From NCBI RefSeq assembly GCF_006345805.1, contig NC_043019.1, positions 19,033,360 to 19,097,359 of the forward strand: a stretch of DNA of 64,000 nt. The letters are read 5' to 3'. The position numbers and the translations under genes are program-made. Positions within the stretch are counted from its first letter, which is position 1; each line of letters opens with the position of its first letter. Below the pieces are notes generated by a model. The model did no database searches. It had not been told where the DNA came from and saw only the letters and a list, made by a program, of their open reading frames with translations. This DNA comes from Octopus sinensis (lineage: Eukaryota). Of the stretch, positions 13,182 through 26,393 are shown one piece after another.

Positions 13182-13335
13182 GGATCAAAACAGTTTGTTT
13201 CAAATTCTGTGGTACTTCAAGTTTCAAAACGTGATGGTTATCCTCAGCCATTGGAAATTTTCAATGGCTGAGGATAAGCATCTCATGCTTTGAAACTTGA
13301 AGTACCACAGAATTTGAATCAAACTGTTTTGATCC
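13182..13335. repeat. Near-perfect foldback palindrome of about 154 bp (MITE-like)
   Basis: GGATCAAAACAGTTTG...AAATTCTGTGGTACTTCAAGTTTCAAA...ATCCTCAGCCATTG is mirrored by CAATGGCTGAGGAT...TTTGAAACTTGAAGTACCACAGAATTTG...CAAACTGTTTTGATCC. Confidence 0.9.
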
Positions 13336-15776
13336 CTACATGTAACTCTCAATAAATGTGTTGAGTGCCTGTCTTTCGTTTGTCCACTCTCTTGTGTGTC
13401 TGCATATATATAAACAAGAAACTGAGCTAAGAGAAATATCTGAGAGCAGGTCATCAGGTACATGTGTTTGAACAACAAACAAATACAGGTACATCAAATA
13501 CCATACAATATAAATTCCTGATTTATTACAATTATCTCTGCTGTTAGATGTGTCATAATCTGCAAATGCCAACTGAGAAGAAGAAATAATCTCAAGAACT
13601 GGGAATTCTCCAAAGCTGATGGGCTACAAAGGAAAAAAGGACAGGATTATCATCTGGTGATGAGAAGACAAGCATGGGTATATGTTTCTGCCTCAATAGA
13701 GTCCATCAACAGGAACACTGTCTCACTTCTGTCTCTTTCTCTATCACCTCCACATTACAGCCACTGTTTCCAACCACTCACCCTTCACTTCATTTTGATT
13801 GCACTGACCTGGGTAGAGGGACTTTTCATCAAAGTAGGGACACAAAATCCTCTTTAATGTTAGTGCCATGATTAAATGCACCCAGTCCACCCTGTAGTTG
13901 TGAACAGGAAGGGCATCCAGATATAGAAACCACGTTGTCTCTCAGGATGTACAAGCAACACATGGGCTTTTGGCCCATCTAGGAGGGCAAAAACAGGATC
14001 AAATTGATTCAAACCAATATAGAAAATGAATGTAAAATATTTTTAAAGAATGTTCACAATGGCTTGAAGACAGTTCAAAGAATTTCTTTCAAATGAAACA
14101 TTGAAGTTGCTATCATCTTTATTAAAAAAAAACAAAAACATACTAAATATACTTTTATCTTTTACATAGACCATGGCCATGTTGGGGCACCACCATGAAT
14201 TTTTTGTTAATTAGTCAGTACCAATATTTTTTGTAAAGCTTGATACTTATTCTATCAGTTTGATTTGCCGAACCATTAAGTTACAGGAATGTAAACAAAC
14301 CATCATTGGTTAAGTGGTGGAGTACAGTTACATCCATCAACCAAATCTATTTACATAGCTTTGGCTGACTTGGTGCCATAGCAGAAGAGACTTGCCCTAA
14401 GTTCTGTCCATTGGGACTGGACCCAAAACCACGTGGTTGAGAAGCAACCATTAGCAAAGTGCTAACAAGATTAGAAATCTTTAAAGTGAAAACCGCAATA
14501 TGTAAAAGAAAAGCCCTTCTTCCAGGTATACATATATTATCATTACATGTCTCCATCTTTCCAAGCTAATACGGGGAGGGGGGGTTATGTCTAGGCAGGT
14601 GTCCTTCTCCTCCATCATCTGGTTCACACTGCAATAGAAAAACTAGAAGAACATTGCCGTGTCTCATCGTTTTGGAATGGTTTCTATGGCTGGTTGATCA
14701 TCCCATCACCTGAAAATTTGCAGTGGATGTATTTTATCAATCCCTCAACAGGACACTGGTTGTTCACACAAGGACGAAGGAATCTCCCCTACCTTGCCTC
14801 CCATCAAACTCCTTATCACACAACCAACCAACCCACTGAGATATCTATCTACATAGATACCTCAGAGAGTTGGCTGTGTGATAAGACATTTGATTCCTAA
14901 TCACATAGTTCCAAGTTCAATCCCACTTTGTAGCACCTTGGGCAAGTGTCTCCTGCTATAGTCCCAGGTCAAACAAAGACTTGTGAGGGGATTTGGGTAA
15001 ATATTACTTTACTTGGAAGTAGGTGAAAGTTGGCAACAGGAAGAGCATCCAGCTGTAGAAAACAACTTAACTCAACAAAATTCTGTCTGACCCATTTGAG
15101 TAAGGAAAAGTTGATGTGAAAATACAGACAATAATTTCTATTTCTATGTCTCTGCTTCTGCCACCACCACTTCACAACCAATGTTGGTCTGTTTACATTC
15201 TCTATGCTTTTGTAGTTTGGCTAAAGAGAACTTTAAGAGTAGCAGATTAAAAAAAACATACTGGGGTTGATTTGTTCCACTAAAATTCTTCAAACTGGTC
15301 TCCCAGCATGGTTGCATTCCAAAGACTGAAACATGTAAAAAATGATGATGATAATAATCCTTGCTGCTATAGGCACAAGGCCTATCATTTTGAGGGAGGG
15401 GGTAAGTTGATTACACTGACCCCCCCCCCAACCCCATGCTCAGCTGGTACTTATTTTATTGACACGCCCTCACCTAAAGGGTGAAAGGCGAAATTGAGCT
15501 GAGCAGAATGTAAAGCTGGAAGGCTACAACTTTGAAGGAAGGGGCCACTTAAGTTCAAGCCATGTATTGACTGGTACTTTATTTTACTTATGCCCCACCA
15601 CCACCACCACTTCTTGCTTGGTAGAATTTGAACTCAGATTGTACAGAGATGAAAAAAGTATCAGAACTATAAAAGCATTTTATGCAACCCACTACTTTTA
15701 ACTACGATAATAATTCTTTCTATTATAGGCACAATTCTAAGAGAAAGGGCCAGTCAATTGCATTGACCCCAGCGGT

Positions 15777-15985
15777 CAATGGGTGCTCAATGGGTGCTCA
15801 ATGGGTGCTCAATGGGTGCTCAATGGGTGCTCAATGGGTGCTCAATGGGTGCTCAATGGGTGCTCAATGGGTGCTCAATGGGTGCTCAATGGGTGCTCAA
15901 TGGGTGCTCAATGGGTGCTCAATGGGTGCTCAATGGGTGCTCAATGGGTGCTCAATGGGTGCTCAATGGGTGCTCAATGGGTGCT
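15777..15985. repeat. Perfect 11-bp minisatellite (CAATGGGTGCT)x19 inside a SINE copy
   Basis: 209 bp equals 19 identical units. The flanks match the reverse strand of the SINE seen at 47764 and 60852. Confidence 0.95.
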
Positions 15986-16705
15986 TATTTCTATCAATTC
16001 CAAAAGAATGAAAAGCAAAAGCGACCTTGGCGAGATTTGAACTCGGAATGTAAAACCAGAAGAAATGCAGCCAAGTGTTCGTCTGCAACGATAAGGTTCT
16101 CCTTTACAACAAAAGCAACAACAATAATAATGGTTTCAAATATTGGCACAAGATCACCAATTAAGAGGAGAGAGGTAAGTTGATTATATTGGCCCCAGGA
16201 CTGAACTGAGGTTTATGTTGTCAACCACAAAAAGCTGAAAGGCAAAGTAGGCCTCAGTGGTATTTGAACTCAGAGCCAGAAGAAATGCCAATATACACTT
16301 TGTCCACCCTGTTGACCAATAATAACAATAATGAGAAGGAAAAAGAGGTCTGGCAGAAACCCAGCTTAGGTCTCTGCAGAAACTGGTTGGTTAATTATAA
16401 AGAGTAAAAGTTACAACAAAAAATGAATTGTAAAGAAAATAACAAAAAACTGCTGTATTTATTTATTTGTTTGCATTTTTACCTTTCGTTTTGTATTGTT
16501 TTACTTTTACTCTATAAAGGCCACCCTGCCAATGAAACGCGAGGGAAATGTAGTAAAGTTCTTCACAATAAACATTTCAGGTGATCATTTAATAACAACA
16601 ACAACAACAATAATAATAATATTGTTTGTTACAAGCCTAACTAAACTAGAAAAGTGCAGTATTTGGCACTGCAAATGTCATATATATATATATATATACA
16701 CACAC

Positions 16706-17400
16706 ACATCATCGATTAACGGCCGTTTTCCATACTGGCATAGATTAGACAGTTTAACTGAGGTCGAAAAAGGCAGCGGCTGCACAAGGCTCCAGTCTGG
16801 TCTGACAGAGTTTCTACAGCTGGATGCTCTTCCTAACACCAACAACTCTGAGAGTGTAGTGGGTGCTTTTACGTGCCACTGGCACAGGAACCAGTGAGGC
16901 AGGCCTGGCAATGATCACGTTCGGATGGTGCTTTTTACGAGTCACTGGCACAGGAGCCAGTCAGGGGGTACTGGCATCGACCACGTCTGGATGGTGCTTT
17001 TTATGTGGCCTCAGCACAAGAGCCAACCAGAGGGTACCGGCCACAGCTACTGGTTTTACTCCACTCAACAGGTCTTCTCAAGCATATCATGTTGCCTGAC
17101 ATATCAAGGGTACACTTAAATGGGCTGGACATGCAACACTGGCATTGGCCATACTTGCAATCTCACTTTAGTTGCTGGGTCTTCTCAATCACAGCATATC
17201 TCCAAAGGTCCTGGTCTTCTATCACTGCTTTTGTGAGGCCCAATGTTTGAAGGTCATGCTTCACCACCTCATCCCATGTCTTCCTGGGTCTACCTCTTCC
17301 ACAGGTTCCTTCTACAGTTAGAGAGTGGCACATCCTCACACAGCTGTCTTCATTCATACCTAACATATGGCCATAACCAGGCATCTCTCTAGCAGACCAC
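16706..17400 (-). mobile_element. RTE LINE 3' fragment
   Basis: ORF 17163-17450 includes GTCGRGRPRKTWDEVVKHDL, followed by the family 3' UTR. Confidence 0.85.
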
Positions 17401-18107
17401 ATATGATGCTTATACATACACACACACACACACACACACCATGCATACATATATATTTATTACCATACACTTCCAGACTGTCTCTTATGCTATGAGAATT
17501 TTCAGTCTGATCACACGTCTTGAGGTGCACTGCGAAATTTCTATCTGGATATATTTGGGGTACTTAAGCATACGCATGACTTTGCATCTGCTTCTTCCAG
17601 GGGTGCAAGTAAGTATTTTATTTCTTAACATATTTACCGCTGATGACAAGAAAATTCTTTATGAATTAACTCAGAAATCAGACTGATTTGGTAATAATGG
17701 AATTTCTTAGAAATTTCTGTCAGCTTTCTTCAAAACGCATGATGAATTATGAGGTTATTGACAATTCAACGTCTATTCTCAGCATATTAGGCAGAGGAAT
17801 ATTTTTCTTTTGCCCTTATTTATAAAGTTGTTTAAAATTTTTGCCATTAAAAGGTATTTTTTTAATATGCTGGCCACTGATAAAATTGTGAGTAAATTCC
17901 AATAGTATATAAAATTGGTCATTGGAATTTACAATGACCAATTTTAAATAGTATTGGATTTTACTCACAAGGTATTGGAAACTTTATGTATACTATTCTG
18001 CCAAAATAATGGATCTACAAATGCAATATCCCTGCATATCTCACATCTATTTTCATTCCACCACTTCACTCTCTATCTCATATCTTATCTAAATTAACTA
18101 TTGCTTA

Positions 18108-18128
18108 ATATTTACATATACATATATG

Positions 18129-18160
<32 letters not shown>

Positions 18161-18950
18161 CACACACGCACATATATACATATATATATATACACACACA
18201 CACACACATATTTATACACATACACATATATATATATATGTATATATATACATATATATATATATACACACACATATATACATATATATACACATAAAAT
18301 GTGACCGTGTGTGTATCGTTGGTGATTTTTTTCCTCCGTCTTCCCTTCCTTGGATATTTCCTTTTCCTATGTTTCTGACAAAGAGCTCTGCTTGAAAAGT
18401 TTAATCCTCCTTCTTTCTTTCCTTTCCTGAGCGTCCAATAACACTAGACTTGTTCCACGTCCTTGTGTTGTTGTGTTTTCATGTTTGGATTAACTATATA
18501 TACACATACATACATATATATACATAAATATATACACATACATATATACATATACATATAAATATATTTATACATATATAAATATATTTATACATATATA
18601 TATATATAAATATATTTATACATATATATATAAATATATTTATACATATATATATATATAAAATATTTATACATATATAAATATATTTATACATATATAA
18701 ATATATTTATACATATATATATATAAATATATTTATACATATATATATTTATATTTATACATATATATATTTATACATATATATATTTATACATATATAT
18801 ATATTTATATTTATACATATATATATTTATATTTATACATATATATATTTATATTTATACATATATATATTTATACATATATATATATAAATATATTTAT
18901 ACATATATATATAAATATATTTATACATATATATATATTTATACATATAT
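18108..18950. repeat. AT-rich microsatellites flanking a short repeat (18300-18495) homologous to 55995-56190
   Basis: Directly visible. The insert carries a decayed HHR-like core (CTGACAAAGAGC...GCTTGAAA). Confidence 0.85.
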
Positions 18951-19949
18951 AAATCATTTTAATGTCTTTTTGTTTACATGGGTTAAAAGAGTGAATGTTA
19001 GGACAGAGTTTTCAACAGCTAGATGACCTGCCTGTCATTAACTCCTACATTGTTTCCAAGCAAAGTAATAATCTCCCAGTCTATTGAACAAACAGCCCAG
19101 ACATGTTTTTGTGGCAAATTGGAGACAAGCAACACCTTATGAGCTGACCTTTTTGTTTGTGAAGATCATGCAATGTCAAGAGGCTTGGACATGTTTTTGT
19201 AGCAGACAGCAAGTAAATGACACTGTTAGTCAAGAGATTGTTAACAATTAATGAGTGAAAGACAAATGTAGAGGAAGGAAAAGCAACTCACACACACATC
19301 TGATAGGCTTCTTTTAGTTTCCATCTACCAAATCCTCTCAAAAGGATTTGGTTAGTCAGGGCTACAGTAGAAGACACTTGCCCAAAGTACAGCACGTTGG
19401 CAATGAACCTGAAACCACATAGCTGGGAAATGGATTTAATCGCACAGCCATGCCTGTGCCTAAACACACGCACGTGTCTATCTATCTATCTATCTATCTA
19501 TCTATATATCTATATATACATACAACAAAACCTTCAGAAATCTGAAACCCATCAACCAGTAATTACCTTTAAGAGAATTAGAATCACAATGAAGGACAAT
19601 CCCATACTATTAATATAGGGTCTAATATATACAACAAAACTGCCATAAGCCAGGAACCCCTAAGTAAGTTCAACCTGAAAAGAACTAGAAATTCAATGAA
19701 AGACAACTTAGGATTTTTCTACTTCAGGTACAAGGCTTACAAGAACAAAAAATATAAAAGATTCACAGTCAACAAACACACATCCATCTTGATCTGCCAA
19801 ATGGTACTGTCCGTGATTTCAATACATGGACAGTTCCATCCAATTCAACTGCATTAACAACATAAACACTCCTTTGGAATTAAAAGACAAGAAGTAGGAA
19901 CTTGACATTAATGCCATATGTTCTTTATGTCTACACCTGCTTGTGGTTC

Positions 19950-21140
19950 TTTCACTAGCCTCAGCTCAAGAGCTGTGGCCAACCTGGGGGCACCGTTGTT
20001 AGTTTTGCTACACTTTCACTACTTGAAATCTCCTCTGATATGTGGCATTTGGAGAATAAAGAAGTTTGATGTTGTTGCCCTTATTTGTGTTTCTTGTTGC
20101 CAGGTGGGTTCATTCAGAACTCTGTTTTGAACACACCTACATCCAACCCATGTTAGCCCCTCAGGCTTTTTGGGAGGATACTGGAAAGCTGTAGATTTTT
20201 GAAACCCAAGCTGTTGCAGTATCTGGTCCTGTATCTTGATGGCAATGTTAAGATCTTTGGTACCAGGCAGTGTGTGTAACTTTCAATACTAAAATTTTAT
20301 AAAACTCTTTCCAGGATCTTTCAGATCTCTATCCCTGTATATCTTTTCTGCCTTCATTCTAGAGAGTAGAGTTTTTAACACTTTCAGCCTTTCTCAGTCG
20401 CTGACACACGTCACATTGAGATGATCTTCTTTCTGTAGTTTTGCTGGATTGCTTCGAGTTCTGCAGCCAATTTTACATTATGTGCTGATCATAGTCGGGA
20501 GCGGTAGTCTCAGTGGTTGAGGCCATATGTGCTGCTCCAGAGGGCCATCATGGTTTCCCCTTCTCTTGCTCTGAAAGTCCACCTGTCCAGCTGTCTGCAT
20601 TTTCTTTGCCAACTTAGCAATACACAGCTGGAAAGATGCATCATTACTCATGCTGAAGTGCAGGTCATGCACCGATTTTGATTCAGAGATTGCAATCCTT
20701 CCTGGCTCAGCGTATCTTGTCTGCATTTCATTCAGCTTTGTATGCTGCTAGAGCAGGAATTGAAATTTTCCAGCATTAAATTGCATGTTATTGTCCTCAG
20801 TCCACCTGTATATAATGTTCAACACCTGTTGCAGATGTGCAATATCTTCAGGGTCCTATATCCTCTGAAAGACTTTTGTATTGTCTGCATAGCTAGCAAG
20901 GGTAGCTATCTGAGTAGCTGAGGACTTGCCTGACAGGGCTAATACAAATAACAGAGGCCCTAAGACAGTACCCTGTAGAATACCACTTGTTTGTGTTTCC
21001 TTAGAGGTGAGTCCATTGGCCACCACTGCCTGACTTGTATATCTTTTAAAAAGTCGTGTAGCCATTCTTCAACTGTTCCAACAATGTTAACATCACATAG
21101 CTTGTGATACATCATACCATGGTTGACTTTATCTAAGACT
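19950..21140 (-). mobile_element. Decayed CR1-group LINE 3' half (RT to 3' end)
   Basis: LDKVNHGM, SGILQGTVLGPLLF and YADNTK motifs with many stops. It ends in the GGTGCCCCCAGGTTGGCCACAGC terminus. Confidence 0.85.
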
Positions 21141-21744
21141 TTACAAACATTAAATCCCCAGCACAAATTATTTCATACCTATAGCTACAAAATTTTTTTA
21201 AAATATTTTGTAGAAAACAGAGAAACATTCTGAAAATGGACATTAGTACCCCAAGAATTATAGAACTTAAAAGGAACTGGTGAAATATAATAAATATATA
21301 TATAAAAAGAGAGAGTGTGAGAGAGAATTTTTTTGTAGAGTGCTCAATACTTGTACAGAGTGTTATAAAAATATACTCTAACAAACATGCAAAGCTGTAT
21401 TGCAGTCTATATAATAAACATGAAGGTTTGCCTTGAAAGAACATTTCTCAATGAAACTTTACCAGAATTTAGGAAAAAAACTCATGACCAAAATTAAACC
21501 CCCGCCCCAGCGAAAAAAAAAGGAAACAGGTCTGAGGTGTTGTCGGCAAAAAAAAAAAGTATCGGGGAGTGAATGGAGGAGATGGCGAAACACTAAGAGC
21601 AGTGTTGGTAGTGAAAAGGAAAGGAAGAAAGGAAGGCAGTTGTGTAGGAGTGTTGATGGGAGGAGGAGGAGGAGGAGAGAAACATCTTAAAACATTTTGT
21701 CAGTCTGTGACGTCAGACTGTCTTTAATTTCTCTCTCACTAATG

Positions 21745-21775
<31 letters not shown>

Positions 21776-22749
21776 ATGTATATATATATATCCACCATGA
21801 GCATGCTCAACCAGATATTGACTAATTGCTACTTATTCAAAACAACATATCATCTTTATTAAAAACAAAACAAGTAAAAAAGTCCCCAAAACCAACAACC
21901 TACAAGTTGAAGCAGTTATTTATAAATGTTTGGTGAGAGGAGATTTATCAAAATTAACATTCTCGAATCTGAATAGAAAGATAAATAGAGCAGAGGAGGA
22001 AGGCATAAAAATACAAATTGAAGGCAGGAGAAGAGGGGTTGGTCGATCCGAGAGAGAACAACAACAGAAGTTAGTGAGAGTGAAACGATAAAAGTTTTAC
22101 TGTTTAAGATTGGTTGCTCCCGCCACCCCTGACAAAAGTCATAGTTTTGAGATGTGTGTGTGTGTGTGTGGGCGGAGAGACAGACAGACAGACAGAGTAT
22201 AAATTCAATCTTTTAAGTTAAAAAAACACTGTTTTTCCCCTCCATGTTTGGAACCTGGTTAGTTTATAGTAAAATAAAAAACACCTATTCTCGTTTATCA
22301 TGGGTGTTTGGTTCAATGTTAATGAAAAGATAGAATATATAGGGAAACGGGTTTTGTTGCCAGAAGCATTGTGGATGGTTGGGTGGTTTTGCAGGTGAAT
22401 CCCTAACTGATTGCCAACCTATGAGATCCAGATCAGTCTGTGATAAATGGTAACACAATTCGCAACTGAGTTTTGTCCGAGATCAGTGACAAACAACGAT
22501 TGATGCATATTTATTCACCTCAAGCCAAAAGAATTTCTAATTTTGCAGCCCCCCCCCCCCCGACAACAGGAGGAAAGTAGTTTATTATAGAGCAAGTGTT
22601 GTAGAAAAGTTCAGATGGATTCTATGTTACCAAACATCAAAGGGTATGGAGTATCTTTCCTGCAAACTGGAGCACCATTTTATGTACAAAAACATTTATA
22701 CAAGCAGATGATAGCCATTCAGCTTGACCGTTCTGATTTACTTTCATCG

Positions 22750-24025
22750 TACCCCTCCATAAGATGTACCCAGTGTAAGTTATGGACACATAAGAGGTGC
22801 AGCAATATCAAAGGAACGCTAACTGGGAAGATAGTTTTTGTATGTGGCAAATGTTCAGGAGCAATAAATACTGAAAATGTGCAGAGAACAACTTCCGCCA
22901 CATTCCAGAGAGAAAAACTAGAAGTAGTTGATAGCTTCCATTACCTAGGTGACCAAGTCAGTAGCGGAGGTGGGTGTGCTGAAAGTGTAGCTGCTAGAAT
23001 AAGAATAGCCTGGGCAAAGTTCAGAGAGCTCTTACCTCTGCTGGTGACTGGGCCTCTTGCTCAGAGTAAAAGGTAGACAGTATAATGCATGTGTATGAAC
23101 AGCCATGCTACATGGCAGTGAAACATGGGCTGCGACTGCTGAGGACATGCATAAGCTTGCATGGAATGAAGCCAGTATGCTCCGATGGATGTATAAGGTC
23201 AGTGTTCATACTCGACAGAGTGTTAGTACTTTGAGAGTAAAGGTGAACCTTAGAAGCATCAGATGTGGTGTGCAAGAGAGACGACTGTGCTGGTATGGTC
23301 ATGTGGCGATGAGGATAGCTGCGTGAAAAAGTGCCACACCCTAGTGGTTGAGGGAAACTGTGGAAGAGGTAGACCCAGGAAGACTTGGGATGAAGTGGTG
23401 AAGCACGGCCTTCAAACATTAGGCCTCACTGAGGCAATGACTAATACCGAGCCCTTTGGAAATATGCTGTGCTTGAGAAGACCTGGCAAGCCAAGTGAGA
23501 CCATAACCTTGTGGCCTATGCCAGAGGTGTAACCAGTCTACTTATGCGTAACTTTCCTTCATTGGACACAAAACTCTGCTTGCGAAGACCTGTTGAGGCA
23601 AGTGAAATCGGAATTGAAATTAAATTCTATGACTGGTATCTGTGCTAGTGGAGCCCTAAGAGCACCATCTGGGCATGATTGTTGCCAGAGCAGCTGACTG
23701 GCTTCCATGCTGGTGGCATATAAAAATCACCTTTCGAGTGTGATCCTTATCAGCATCGCCTTACTGGCACCTGTGCCGGTGGCATGTGAAAAAATATTCG
23801 AGCAAGGTCGTTGCCAGTGCTGCTGGATTGGCCTTTGAGCCGGTGTCACATAAAAGCACCCACTACACGCTTGGAGTGGTTGGCATTAGGAAGGGCATCC
23901 AGCTGTAGAAACTCTGCCAGATCAAGATTGGAGCTTGGTGCAGCCATCTGGTTTGCTAGTCCTCAGTCAAACCGTCCAACCCATGCCAGCATGGAAAGCA
24001 GATGTTAAACGATGATGATGATGAT
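22750..24025 (+). mobile_element. RTE LINE 3' fragment with PHD-like finger, 3' UTR and (GAT)n tail
   Basis: CTQCKLWTHKRC...CGKC, LEVVDSFHYLG, MLHGSETW and GRGRPRKTWDEVVK motifs, with tail GATGATGATG at about 24011-24025. Confidence 0.9.
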
Positions 24026-25414
24026 TGGCCTGTGCACAGATCAGACTTTTCACAACATGCATCCATCATCATAGGATTTCATAAAATAGAAAACCAAGGA
24101 ATGAAATGAAAGGGAGACATCTGTACGTCATTGGATTTCAGTAACAAAAGCTTCTACAACACTTTTGCTACTCCCTCGGTTGAATGATGGGAAGTTCCAG
24201 TGACACAAGATGACTGGGAACTATTTTGACTTTTTCCGAGAAGAGCTGCCTTCTCCATATTTTTATCAAAACTAACAGAAGCTTCCTCTACCCTTGGGAA
24301 ATGTAATTAACTCAGAGATAGGACCCTGACAAGTGCTACTGTTCTGGGTCAGAACAGACTTGGGAATAACAGTAATTAAGTGTCAACTCCACACTCCCAA
24401 CAATCCCAGAACCACCACATATATACACACACATACATACACAAACACATGTATATGTATGTGTGTGTGTGTGTGTGTGTATTTGTCCAAGGTCTGACTT
24501 TAAATTGCATCCAGTACTGGGGCCCAGAGTTATGAGGAGTGGGGTCTCATCTCTCAGCTACAACTGCTCCTAGATCTACTCTCATTCGTAGTAGCACTTG
24601 TGAGGGCTCCAGCTGTGGATTAACTTGCATGTGAACCACTGGGAGTGAAGGAACCATAGCTCTCTTTAGAATCTCCTTCTAGAAAGTAAACTGGTGTAAA
24701 AAAAAAACCCTGAGGTGTGCAGTTGGTTGTCTCAACCTCTGTTGTGTCACTTGTCTTATAGCTGATTGCACTGAAAAATGCGGTGCAGTACTTGATCCAC
24801 TCAAAACAGATTTCACTCACAGGAACTTCATGGACACTTGGAATATTTGCATGGTCTTACTGAGCACAGCATGTCATTTCCAAATTGTTGGTGGAGTGAA
24901 TTGCATGAGGGTGCAATTAGAACTTTAGAACTGCATGTGCTCTTTTCTGATGTCAAAGAGACTTGATCTGGTTTCGGTGAACTGTTTGTGGGAGATCTCC
25001 TTGCTTATAAACATCACAAAACTATGCTCCCAGGCTGAGGGTGACATGTTGGAGCAGTGAGGTGGGTAGAACTAGGAAAGTGAAGAGACATGCTTGGAAG
25101 GATTAGCAGATAGACATAGCAGATAGCTTGAAGAGAAGCCAGGAGACAGGTTTACATAGGAAAAAGGAAGAGATTTATTTGTGTTCAACAGTGACAGGGT
25201 CAGAAGCATGAGGTGCTCTGGATTGCAAAACAGTGGATTAGAGAGAGAAAAAGAGATATGTTGTAGGTGAGAAGTGTGTGTAGACAGATAATGGCATGCT
25301 TGTACTTAATGATTCTGAGAAGAAAGGCGGCATAGAATTGCTATAATGAAAGGCTATTAAATGTGGACAATGCAGTGGAAGAAGGGAGTCTCTCCAACAT
25401 TGACCTAACAGAGG

Positions 25415-25985
25415 AATCAGCTATCCTAGTTCACAGCAGAAGCAAAACCTGGAATGAAGTAGCCTTAAAGTTAACTTATTAAAGACCAAAGTTGTAGTAG
25501 GAAAACAGAAAAACAGACAGGACTCTGACCACTACTAGCAAATGGCCCCTCTCGGTATGTAGGAAAGAAGTAGGCAGAAATTTCATATTGTGTACCAAGT
25601 GCAAGCTATAGACACACAGAGGTGCAGTGTAATCATCAGAAGGTTAACAAAGAAGCAGTGTTTGTACGTATTTGATGCACAGGAGCAATAAACATTAAAG
25701 GCAACAGAAACAGATTTTCTTGAATGCTCCCTTGAAGTAGTGGCTAGTTTCTGTTACCCAGGCAACCTAATTAACAGTAGAAGGGCGATGTTCTAAAAAT
25801 ATAGTCACCAGAATAAGAATAGGATATGTTGGCAAAAACAGGTTCTTAGTGAAAAGTAGATTGTATGATGCTTGTATAGAAACAGCAATGCCACATGGTA
25901 ATGAAACATGGGCTCTGAATGCAAGGGACATGCAAAGACTTGAGAGGAATAAAGCTAGAATGTTCTGCTGGATCTGCAATCCAAG
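25415..25985 (+). mobile_element. Highly decayed RTE LINE fragment
   Basis: Homologous to 22750-23200 and 43600-44250 (TGTACCAAGTGCAAGCTATAGACACAC; AGATTGTATGATGCTTGT...CATGGTAATGAAACATGG). Confidence 0.7.
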
Positions 25986-26106
25986 AATTGAATTCACTCT
26001 AACCACTGAGCCATTTAAGCAAGCTTAAATGACTTGGTAGAATTCATTTCAGTTTAACAAAGAAATGTTTCTACTGATGCGGAATGTAACCCAGGCAAGA
26101 CGTGTA

Positions 26107-26145
<39 letters not shown>

Positions 26146-26325
26146 TAGAAGAAATAAGGTACTCAGAAATCTGGATGGTTTATATTTACAGATATTTATT
26201 AATATGTCTCATGTTTTTATAAATCATATATTAGCACTTGCGTCCTCTCTAGTGGAGTTTTCAGATTCATCATCATCTCCAAACCTTCTAAAATATATAT
26301 AACCCTAACCCTATATATATATATA

Positions 26326-26393
<68 letters not shown>

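Noticed and set aside
15682-16183. MGAQWVLNGCS repeat protein or CRISPR-like array
   Set aside because: A pure 11-bp tandem repeat with no spacers, open in all three frames, inside a SINE, with no cas genes in a eukaryotic context.
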